This document shows, piece by piece, positions 1 through 9,653 of a stretch of DNA of 44,556 nucleotides. The stretch is from the NCBI GenBank assembly GCA_002256025.1, contig NKIB01014345.1, positions 1 through 44,556 on the forward strand. The letters run 5' to 3'. The translations under genes and the position numbers were made by a program. The stretch is from Asterionella formosa (Eukaryota). Each line of letters begins with the position of its first letter. Position 1 is the first letter of the stretch. Below the pieces are notes generated by a model. It did no database searches, was not told where the DNA came from, and worked only from the letters and a program-made list of their open reading frames with translations.

Positions 1-225
1 CATATTGCTACAAAAACGCAGGCTTTGCAAGAAAATGTCCGTCATGGCAGAGTCCATTTTACCCGGGTCTCGTCTGCTCATAATTTAGCCGACCATTTTA
101 CCAAGGCACTCCCGTATTCTACTCTACATGCACATTGCATGACTATGATGGTGGGATATCAATTTATCGATGCCGGTCATCGTGCGGTCGCCACGCTTGC
201 ACGGCCTGACAAATCAGTTCTTTGA
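1..225 (+). mobile_element. 3' end of Ty1/Copia pol (RNase H C-terminus), truncated by the window edge
   Basis: Frame 1 reads HIATKTQALQENVRHGRVHFTRVSSAHNLADHFTKAL, matching the Copia RNase H pattern HI..K...L.E.V..G.......S..N.AD.FTK.L; followed by a PPT and an LTR. Confidence 0.85.
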
Positions 226-266
226 CAATCATTGATTCTACTCCTTTTATCTCATTTTGTTGTTAT

Positions 267-279
267 GAGATGGGGGGGA
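267..279 (+). other. Polypurine tract of the Copia element
   Basis: GAGATGGGGGGGA immediately 5' of TGTTG, about 40 nt after the pol stop. Confidence 0.75.
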
Positions 280-547
280 TGTTGTGAATCACCTCTTTAC
301 ATGACGTGTCAGTATATGTCTGTGTAAGTTTGTCTGACAGTACCTATGCATCTTATTTAAATCATCGTTCTTCTATATCAACTTAATCTAATCACACTTT
401 TAACAAACACACCCTCCAATCTCCTTTTGAGCTTGTCAGGTTAGTTATCGGACTCCCCTCCTCTATCATCTCCTCGTTCATCGACCTCGTCGATCTCTCT
501 CATCCCCTCTTTCACTGCATCAAATAATGTTGATTACTAATTCAACA
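280..547 (+). repeat. 3' LTR (about 268 bp) of the Copia element
   Basis: Starts TGTTGTGAAT right after the PPT and ends AATTCAACA (TGTTG...CAACA inverted termini). Right boundary inferred because the 5' LTR is outside the window; the predicted TSD would be ACCGG (548-552). Confidence 0.65.
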
Positions 548-1695
548 ACCGGTATTTCAAATTACATGGGAAACAAATCTCGATATGCAATCAAACAAAG
601 CTGTTCCATCAGAATGGAATCTTCAGTCTTGAGAAGGCAGGCATTATGAGACATCTGTAATGGACATTGCTAGACGAGGAGAAGCCATTCATTCAGAAGG
701 GGGAAATTATTCACTCTTGAACAGGCATCATTCTACGAAGTTGCAACATGAATGCATCCTCACACATTGATTTCCTTCTTGTACTTGAAATGAATTCTTC
801 ATTGACCTGCAGAGATTTTCATAACAACAGTGTGTCAGTAATTTATATAATAGAACTAGCAACAGCAGAAAGCAACACACAGATGTGGTAGCATGCAAGT
901 GTTTCTCGGGGTAGTCGAATTGAAACAACAAAATGGCATCAGCCAGGCAGCACCACAACTCGCTCACTGATGCGTTGAAGAGAATGCTCCTGTTGTGAAA
1001 GGAACGGCTACAATGTAAAATAAATGTAGATAACAATAACAGAACCATGTGATTTCTAGCTCGCTTTGCTGATACAATTATGAAAACTGAAGATTAAGCT
1101 CACCTTGAAGGCCTCCATTTCGGGTCTCCATATTGTGTCATTTCATCTGCTATCACTCATATTTTCCAAAGAACACGACTCCTTTTCTGAAAAGGCCTGT
1201 TCAAATGTCAAATGAATGTTGAAAACAACAGCATATCATGAGTTATCCCTTGCTTGGTGATATGATAGTAAAAATAGCAAGCAAATAAATCTTACCTTAA
1301 AAGCATCGATTGCTCACGATCTCAATGTTGTGTCATCCCCCTTTTTATTGTTTCAACAAACAATATGTGAGTTCTTGGCTGATGTAGGATTTGTTAATGG
1401 TGAGGCGCTGAAAAGCTAGAAGGGGATGCTGCTTTTAAGGGTCGTCCCCATGTTGAAAACATATATTGTGCACAGTGGTGGTTAAATGTTGTCTTTATGA
1501 ATTCAGAGGGTCAAAAATCCTGGCGCAGCCATGACTTCATCTTTGTACCAACAGAACCTACAATCTACATGAAAAAACCTGGCGCAGTCTTACTTCGTCG
1601 AGAAAAATTCTGATGCTACAAGTGTGACCTTAAACAAATACCGGTATGACAAGAAGGAGAGGACACAGCCAGTGGTTAGCTACTGTTAATATGTT

Positions 1696-1881
1696 CACAG
1701 TACGAACGCCATATTCTATTGTAATAAGGGGAATACGGGAAGCAATGCTGGTAGTGCAAACCTACAGTTCCACAGTATGCACGAAGAAATGAGTACAGTT
1801 TCTCAGTACGAACGGTATAATTCCTATTGTAACAAGAAGGGAAAGACGGAAATACTGGTAGGGCAAACCTACAGTCTCACA
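1696..1881. repeat. Two diverged direct copies of an ~80-bp unit, ~105 bp apart
   Basis: CAGTACGAACG...CTATTGTAA...CTGGTAG(T/G)GCAAACCTACAGT occurs at ~1698-1768 and ~1804-1875. Confidence 0.75.
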
Positions 1882-2802
1882 CTTGTAACGATGACCTGGT
1901 ACCTACCAGCCAGGAGTACCTGGTGGTACCATACAGTATAGCTATTTGTTAGTATGTCTGAGTGCAGCGTCAAAAGACCCAAGGTACAAGGTACCAGGTA
2001 ACAGGTACTCCCCTGGTACTAGCCCTGGTAGTATGTATCATAGTAGCCCTGTGTAGGCCTTGTATACCGGTAGCAGGTACCTGGTCCCATGTACCATCCC
2101 TATTCATCAGCTGAGGTCAACACACTCAGCATCACGATGCAATTCCAGACATATTCATAATACACCAGGTATGTTATCCATATATTTTGTATCTTCAGAA
2201 TTCATACGAAATATAGTTTATGTAAAAGAATAAGAGAATTCATATTGGATGCTGACAATATCGATGGTAAGGATGATTGTTGATATGCTTCATGCACCCA
2301 CTTGCCAACAACCACATCGCTTCGATTTTCTCCATCAATTCATGCCCAATAGCACTCCGAAGATTTGCAGTCGATAACACACATTAATTCGAATAGATAT
2401 TTAGTTTATCATTTCAAATTTAATATTAAATGATTTGTTCCGTACCTGTTTTGTCCTCATTAGGGTTGGTTGTTGCTTGCATCCTCACAAATCATGTCGC
2501 TATATTTCTCGAGATCCATTTCGCTCCGTTTTTCTCAATCAGCCAATTCAGGGCAGATTGCAATCAAACAATTTGTAGTGAAGTCGTCTTTCGCAATGAT
2601 TTATCCTCTAAAAAATTTATCTTGAACTTTTAAAATGTTTAGTCGTAGCTAACATCAACTAGTCCTGCCTTTGAAATAACTGTATGATTGTGAACCAGCC
2701 ATCACATGAAACCACGATAAGTAATCTTGTTCAGCAAAACAGTAAATATTATTAACGTGAAGTGCACACCAACCATAAACTGTACCTATTAGCATGAATT
2801 AA

Positions 2803-3956
2803 GGTTCCTCCATTTGAACCCCTAGCTCGAGGTAGGGTTAAAAAAATATTATTAAGTCAGAGTAGTCAAACATAGACTTCTTACGAGTAAAACGTAAATG
2901 TATATCGCTAAACGGAGCGTTCACCAATACACACCCTTTCCACATGCTAAAATACAGTCATTTATCAAAGTAGGGGCATAGGTCAACGCTATATATCGTC
3001 AGGATATAGGATCTGGCGAGAAACTGCAGAAAGGAACTTCGGTTTTTTAACTATGCTGAAAATAGTGGATTTTACCGGGCTAACTCGTTTATTTGGCCTA
3101 GTAAAAAAACCGAAGTTCCTTTCTGCAGTTTCTCGCCGAAAGTTAACTACTGGGGCTATATGAAGATTACCTACTATGTACTTAACTCTTCTTCAAACCC
3201 TGCCAACGTTGAGCTATCGTCGTCCAAAAATTCGACAATATCGGCCTTTTCAACGGTCACCAAAACGTCGGAATCAGAATCAGTAATCGCTGAAACGTCA
3301 TCATCGGAATAGTAGTCTTGTGCTAAAATTTGTAGTCGTAAAATCTCGTGTACAAAAAGTTCCAATGTAATTGCCCGCTGTATTAATCATATTCTGATTG
3401 GTTATCCTTCTTATATCCGTTCGATTGGCACGGTTTGCGAGGTCTTGCAATCCCACGCCGGCCACACTGGATACACATGAAGCATTTTCTAGGGTGTTGG
3501 CCGATCCTAGTACCCGTATACCAGTATCGGTATCCGAACGGAGTAGGAATATGGAGTACCGGGTAGTAGGTTTACCCGTAAACCGGAATCCGTACGGAGT
3601 AGGAATACCGAGTACCGGGTAGACCAACCGGTACCAGGTAGCTGATCATCATTCGTTTTAAATATTTTTGCAGCCGCCGGGTCATGCATGTGATACATAT
3701 TTGATGATAGTCTTCGAGTAGGTATACTATCGGTAGAATAGCAATATAAAACATTCAGCGATGAAGAATCTATCAATACATATTTTATGCATTTGAAATG
3801 GAATCTATATACGTATGCGCAAATTTCCACTCATTTGAATTTTTCAAACGGAATCATTGATATTCAAATTAGCACACAAAAGTTCTTAGTTCCAGGGAAT
3901 TTCGGCAACACTAAGCAATATTTCAATTTTTGCCTAGGGGTTCAAATGCAGGAACC
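2803..3956. mobile_element. Non-autonomous DNA transposon/MITE with 23-bp TIRs and TTAA target duplication (Kolobok-like termini)
   Basis: TTAA (2799-2802) + GGTTCCTCCATTTGAACCCCTAG ... CTAGGGGTTCAAATGCAGGAACC + TTAA (3957-3960); TIRs 22/23 identical. TTAA with RR...YY ends fits Kolobok; piggyBac normally starts CC. Confidence 0.8.
3015..3137. repeat. Perfect 34-bp inverted repeat (hairpin) with a 55-nt spacer, nested in the MITE
   Basis: GGCGAGAAACTGCAGAAAGGAACTTCGGTTTTTT (3015-3048) is the exact reverse complement of 3104-3137. Confidence 0.95.
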
Positions 3957-4259
3957 TTAAGACACCACAAATATCCTTACTATTTCACCAAGGAAGATGC
4001 ATGTCGTAAATGAATTAGCCACGAGAGCAGGGTCTTAGTTGAACTTTGAAATGAATTATTTGAAACATCAACTAATTCAGTCTCGAGCTCAAAGTTTTAT
4101 GTTAAATCTTCACATGAAACCGTTAAAAGTAACCTTTTCTCCGGGAAGAGTGGCATTAATTCATGTGAAGTATCACATAATTAACACCCCTACGTAGAAC
4201 AAATTTCGAAATGTGGCGTATTTCGCGGCTTAGATGATGAAGAATGAAATAGATAGCCG

Positions 4260-4597
4260 TGTACCCTATACCGGTATATCTATTAAACGATTTGAATATG
4301 TCGAACGGATTCAATGCATAGCATATAAAATCTTTAATGGGAGTATAGAGTGTCCATGCATACATGTTGATCGTATTTTTAGCATATATATACATTCAGC
4401 GACTCAGAGTGTTTATATATATATTTAGCGATTTTGACAAGGAATCTATGTACGTATTCGCAAATTTCCACTGATTCACATATTTCAAATGGAATCACGT
4501 CATTCAAAAATAGCTAATTAAATTCTTAATTCCAGGGAATTTTCGCAACCCTAAGCAATATTTTAATTTTTGCCTAGGGTTTCAAATGCAGCAACCC
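4260..4597 (+). mobile_element. Right-hand part of a second, diverged copy of the TTAA-MITE family
   Basis: 4441-4597 aligns with 3801-3956 (GGAATCTAT.TACGTAT..GCAAATTTCCACT ... TTTTTGCCTAGGG.TTCAAATGCAG.AACC). Left boundary approximate. Confidence 0.8.
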
Positions 4598-5241
4598 TGA
4601 AACCCTAGGCAAAAATTAAAATATTGTTTAGGGTTGCCGAAATTCCCTGGAATTAAGAACTTTTATGAACCACTTTTAAACGACATGATTCCATTTTCAA
4701 AATTCAAATCATTGGAAATCTACGCGTACGTGCATAGATTCCTTTTCGAATTCGGTAAATATATAGATATTCATTGTACATCTCTATAAATATACCGCTA
4801 TACCCGGGGACACTCTATACACAGATCGACGGTTACGTGTCATACGACCTGGCGGCTCGGCAAATATTTGAATAGCATCTCTATAGATATACCGGTATAC
4901 ACTCTATACACAGATCGACGGTTTGTGTGTCATACAACTTGGGGGGGGCTCGGCAAATATTTGAAGTGCATTCTAGGAGTGGTACGCGTGTGTCATATGA
5001 TAATCATCTACCGGCACCCGTACCTAGTGGATACTGAAGTTGACCTAACCCCCCCCCTACTTCGATCAATGACGGTACCAGGTACCAGGGTATCTAAGCA
5101 TATGGAAAGGGTGTCCAATGGTGAAAGCTCCAAGGAGCGATATACATATTTAGTTTAGATGTGAAAAGTATGTGTTTGATTAGTCTGACGCAATATTATG
5201 TTTTAAACCCTACCTCTAAGCTAGGGTTGAAATGCAGTACC
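4598..5241 (-). mobile_element. Third, inverted and shorter copy of the TTAA-MITE family
   Basis: 4598-4745 is the reverse complement of the family right end. 5090-5241 is the reverse complement of the left end (compare 2803-2955: CCTAGCT..GAGGTAGGGTT.AAA, ATGTATATCGCT, CACCCTTTCCA.ATGCT). Confidence 0.8.
4779..4965. repeat. Tandem duplication, period ~97 bp, inside MITE copy 3
   Basis: CATCTCTATA.ATATACCG.TATAC...CACTCTATACACAGATCGACGGTT...GTGTCATAC...GGCTCGGCAAATATTTGAA occurs twice (starts 4779 and 4876). Confidence 0.9.
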
Positions 5242-5475
5242 AGGTGACAGGGAACCATTTCTACTGTAGCTAACTACCGGTATCTCACTACTTACCACAC
5301 TGCTTGGGATGGCTACGGCAGGATATTACCGGTACTCAAGTACGAGTATTTGTGTATCCGCCGTTTGAATTTCGCCACTTCCACGCTGCTACCGGTAATC
5401 CGAACCAGTGGTACAATTCATTTTCATTAATCCTTGACTACCGGTACCGGATTTTGCAAAAGAAGGCAGACTATC

Positions 5476-6888
5476 ATGGTGACGAAGCAACAGCAAACTG
5501 CCCCCCAACCCGCTACCCCAACCAAAGTGCTTGTGAGTGCCGGCAGCAGCGGCGATTGGAGTGGCGGAGAGGGACTTCTTCCAGGGCGAGAAGCGCTGGG
5601 TCCGCTCTTCCTCATGGCCGTCACTCCTCCCTTTGTCATTGTCTTTTATTACATTTGCACCCACATGGATGGCAACGTCCAAGCCTTTGCTGCTCTCATC
5701 ATGCAAGATGGTTTCCTGTCAACCATGTACTCCATCTGGCCAAGTCCAACCGACCCCCACGCGTGGGCCATGATTTTGAGCTTCTTTGCAGTGCAATTGC
5801 TCCTCATGAAAACCGTCCCGGGCAAATCATTCACCGCCACCCTCACTGCCAAGGGAAACACACCCGTCTATACTGCCAATGGATTGCAATGCTACTTGAT
5901 TACACTTGCTGCACTCTTGTCTCTGACGTACAAGGGTATCCTCCATCCTGCCGTGGTCTATGACAAGTTTGGAAACATTTTGGCCAGCCTCAACGTCTTT
6001 GCCTTTTTCTTTTGTACCATGCTCTTGATCAAGGGTCATGTCGCGCCGTCCTCCACTGATTCAGGTACTAATGGATCGATCGTTCAAGATTTCTACTGGG
6101 GCATGGAGTTGTATCCACGTATCCTCGGATGGGATGTCAAAATGTTCACCAATTGTCGGGCGGGGATGATGTTCTGGGCGGTTGGGATTTGTTGCTTTGC
6201 CTACAAAAATGCACAACTAAACAATGGAGTACTGCAATTGGGTATGGCTGTCAATGTGTCGCTGCAACTGATTTACATTACGAAATTCTTTTATTGGGAA
6301 ATGGGATACATGTGTTCCATGGACATTCAACATGATCGGGCTGGATACTATCTATGTTGGGGATGTTTGGTATGGGTACCATCCATCTATACCTCGACTT
6401 CCTTATACTTGACTGAACATGCTCCACCACTGACTCCATTGCAGGCATTGACTATCTTTTGTTGTGGCTTTGTCATGATTTTTATTAATTATGATTCCGA
6501 TCATCAACGCTATGTCTTTCGGCAAACCAAGGGACAGTGTTCTATTTGGTTAAGTACTAGTGTTCCGAAGCACATTGTTGCCACATACAGTACTACAAAT
6601 ACCTCCGCAACGCCAAACAAAGTACAACAATCCTTGTTGTTGGTGGATGGGTATTGGAAAATAAGTCGACATTTTCACTATGTTCCAGAAGTATTGGCAT
6701 CCTTGTGTTGGTCAGCTCCTGCATTGGATACTGCCTTTTTTTTGCCATACTTTTATGTCATCTATCTGTCAATCCTATTGCTAGACCGGGCTCATCGGGA
6801 TGATGATCGATGTTTGAAGAAATATGGAAAGTATTGGGAAGAGTATTGTCATTTTGTTCCATATAAGATTATACCTGGTGTGGTGTAA
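5476..6888 (+). CDS. DHCR7: 7-dehydrocholesterol reductase / sterol delta-7 reductase (ERG4/ERG24 family, DWF5-like), intronless
   Basis: Motifs FYWGMELYPRI, DVKMFTNCRAGMMFW, MDIQHDRAGYYLCWGCLVWVP, SRHFHYVPE, DRAHRDDDRC..KYGKYW..YC..VPY.IIPG; multi-TM. First ATG at 5476 (the ORF track starts at an upstream TTG). Confidence 0.95.
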   Translation: MVTKQQQTAPQPATPTKVLVSAGSSGDWSGGEGLLPGREALGPLFLMAVTPPFVIVFYYICTHMDGNVQAFAALIMQDGFLSTMYSIWPSPTDPHAWAMILSFFAVQLLLMKTVPGKSFTATLTAKGNTPVYTANGLQCYLITLAALLSLTYKGILHPAVVYDKFGNILASLNVFAFFFCTMLLIKGHVAPSSTDSGTNGSIVQDFYWGMELYPRILGWDVKMFTNCRAGMMFWAVGICCFAYKNAQLNNGVLQLGMAVNVSLQLIYITKFFYWEMGYMCSMDIQHDRAGYYLCWGCLVWVPSIYTSTSLYLTEHAPPLTPLQALTIFCCGFVMIFINYDSDHQRYVFRQTKGQCSIWLSTSVPKHIVATYSTTNTSATPNKVQQSLLLVDGYWKISRHFHYVPEVLASLCWSAPALDTAFFLPYFYVIYLSILLLDRAHRDDDRCLKKYGKYWEEYCHFVPYKIIPGVV

Positions 6889-7703
6889 AAACTCAATGAA
6901 TGTCGTCTATAATACAATAAATATACTGAAAGTATCTATAATCATGATGAACTGATTCAGACTTGTACAGTCTATGCCTCTTCTTGTCAAGATTTTGCTG
7001 GCAGGCAAAGTCAGGGTCTGTCTAAACATACTGACCTGATAACTATAGGCACATGCTATTGTGAATGTGGACATTGGGTGCAAGTAATAGCAAGTATTGC
7101 AAATGTATTTAATGAACATGTTATTCATACTTATTTAGCTAGTTCATGTGATTGTTGTTGTAATTCCTATTACATGTACATATGGTAGTACAAGTGTTTA
7201 AATGTAATTGTTGGATGGTTAATTAATAGCAATGATAATTACCCTGTCGGCCAAAAGGAGAAGCCCTGCATGAATCAACACGGGACCCATAGAACAAGCC
7301 ATAAAAATCAACCATGGGGCGGTCGGTGACTGGACGATGTTTTGTGAGCGAAGCAGGTGGATAATCATTATCGTACACTCCCTTAGTACGTATGATACGT
7401 TGCTAAATAAATGAAACCTGCTGCACATATCATATGTAGAGAATGATCATTCGATTTTTCTACCGGTATATTCATATCCTACTATTCATAGCAGAAAATG
7501 AATTTATGTGATATGTGGTAAATCCTGTACGTTGGTTGGTTCGTTTTTACTATGACCATCCTGAGCCATCACGCTTCTTTACATACTAAAATAGCTACGG
7601 CCGACAGGAAAGAGGCCTGTACGCACGGGGACAGAGGAGAGGCACCATGATCACCACCATGACAAGAAACTAAAATGATGAAGAAGAATGGTGTGTTAAT
7701 GTC

Positions 7704-9431
7704 ATGTGTGTTTACAAAAACGATTCCTCCTCCTCCATCATCATTCCACCTTGGATACAGCCCCGTCCAAAAGCACCATTATTTCCTTCTATAAAATTGT
7801 TGCTATTTCTTTGCATGACGATTCTGTTTTCCATTCCAACGAAAGCATTTCAACGAATTATTGTCTTGTCACAACAACGACCATTCTTCGTTCCTACAAC
7901 TATACTTGCATCCTCTTCATTTAGTACTACTACTAGGACTACTAGTGCTAGTACTAGTACTTCTAGTGCTAACATCAACATGATGTCATCACCTAAAGTA
8001 ACCATTATTATTCTTACTGGTCCAACAGCTGTTGGGAAATCAAAAGTCGCAGCCTTGCTATGTCAAGAAAAACAAGGAATCATTATATCTGCAGATTCTG
8101 TACAAACATATTGTGGAGTACATATTGGTGCAAATAAACCATCCGTACAAGAACAATTGGAAACACCTCATTTGTTAATTGATGTTGTGGATACAAACGT
8201 TGATATTACCGGTAGTGATGGTGGTACCTACAATGCTGCAGATTGGAGAAGTGATGCTTTATTTTGTATCGAGACATTAGTCAATACAACAGCAACTGCA
8301 ATTGCAACTACTCCTACAAACAAACGACAAGATAAACTACTACATCAAATACTACAAATCAAACAAGAACAACAAACAAAGAATGGAAAAATGTCCAACA
8401 AGGACAATATCATTTCACCCATTGTTGTTGGTGGAACAATGATGTATTTGACATGGTTGGTAGATGGGATACCAGATGCAACACCATCCAATGCCTTGTC
8501 CAAACAAAAGGCTATAGAAGTGCTACAATCCTATACTTCCTGGGAGGATGCTGTAGCATTCGTTTCCTCCATCCATCCAATCATGGCATCACGCGTTTCT
8601 ACATTATCTACCAATGATTGGTACCGGTTGTCACGAAGTTTAGAAATTGCCTATGCAACGTTGGAGGATGGTACAATGAGTACTACTAGTACTAGTACTT
8701 TGGAGGATACTACTACTACTATGACAACAAATACAGAACCATCACTCTTTACTGGACAACGTCAAGGTCCATTGGAACAGTGTGGAAACTATGATGTACG
8801 ATGTTTCTTTCTATGTCCAACAGATCGGATGGAACATTCGTTTGTTATTGACGAACGATGTGAAGAAATGTTACTTCAAGGGTTGTTGGAAGAAACAACA
8901 ACACTTTACGAACAGAGACAGTTACCTGATATGGTAACCAAGGCCATTGGATATCGTCAAGCATTGGAATATTTGGAACGGCCAGTACCAAAGATGCAGG
9001 ATGTGGAAACATTTCATCAATTTATAAATGATTTCAAAACAGCAACACGACGATATGCAAAAAAACAAATGCAATGGTTTCGAAAGTTGGATCATTATTT
9101 ATTTATTCCAATCAACTTGCATAAATCTGATCGTATCCATGATGCAGCCAATCAAATTATGGAATTAGCAAGCATGTCAAGGGATGACTATAATGACCAT
9201 CTTTGTGGCAATCATGGTGAAACCTTGTCGGCAAAGACCAAATCAGAAAATGAAAAACAAGGGAAAGGGATGAAATTTTACATGGAAAAACATCATGTTT
9301 TACAACCAGGGTCAAATGAATTCAATGCTATTCTACAGCAAGCCGATCAGTGTACTGCACGAATACAACAATTTCGAATCAAGAACGAAGAACTGATGAA
9401 GCAGCAACAAGATAAGTCGAATGTAAAGTAA
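7704..9431 (+). CDS. miaA: tRNA dimethylallyltransferase (IPP transferase, MiaA type), probably plastid-targeted
   Basis: GPTAVGKS P-loop, IISADSVQ, GANKPS, VVGGTMMY, KAIGYRQ, TRRYAKKQMQWFR. N-terminal hydrophobic signal ends TKA-FQ and is followed by a Ser/Thr-rich transit-like stretch. Exact start uncertain. Confidence 0.92.
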   Translation: MCVYKNDSSSSIIIPPWIQPRPKAPLFPSIKLLLFLCMTILFSIPTKAFQRIIVLSQQRPFFVPTTILASSSFSTTTRTTSASTSTSSANINMMSSPKVTIIILTGPTAVGKSKVAALLCQEKQGIIISADSVQTYCGVHIGANKPSVQEQLETPHLLIDVVDTNVDITGSDGGTYNAADWRSDALFCIETLVNTTATAIATTPTNKRQDKLLHQILQIKQEQQTKNGKMSNKDNIISPIVVGGTMMYLTWLVDGIPDATPSNALSKQKAIEVLQSYTSWEDAVAFVSSIHPIMASRVSTLSTNDWYRLSRSLEIAYATLEDGTMSTTSTSTLEDTTTTMTTNTEPSLFTGQRQGPLEQCGNYDVRCFFLCPTDRMEHSFVIDERCEEMLLQGLLEETTTLYEQRQLPDMVTKAIGYRQALEYLERPVPKMQDVETFHQFINDFKTATRRYAKKQMQWFRKLDHYLFIPINLHKSDRIHDAANQIMELASMSRDDYNDHLCGNHGETLSAKTKSENEKQGKGMKFYMEKHHVLQPGSNEFNAILQQADQCTARIQQFRIKNEELMKQQQDKSNVK

Positions 9432-9653
9432 CAAACAAAAAGCAAAATAATAGGAACAAAAATCAATGCATACAGTGGCCTGTAGTTACCACAATGGTAC
9501 AGCAACTACAGTATAGCATAACTCTTTTGGTCATCACCCTGTTAGATCTACATATATGACATGTCGTTTCCACATTACACATCCATGCGAGTCTACCAGG
9601 ATTGAAAGTCACCAAAATTTTCTCCATGTTGAGCAATTCAACAACTAAGAACA

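Noticed and set aside
5476..9431. DHCR7 + miaA as an isoprenoid biosynthetic gene cluster
   Set aside because: Different compartments (ER versus likely plastid) and unrelated pathways; adjacency alone is not evidence.
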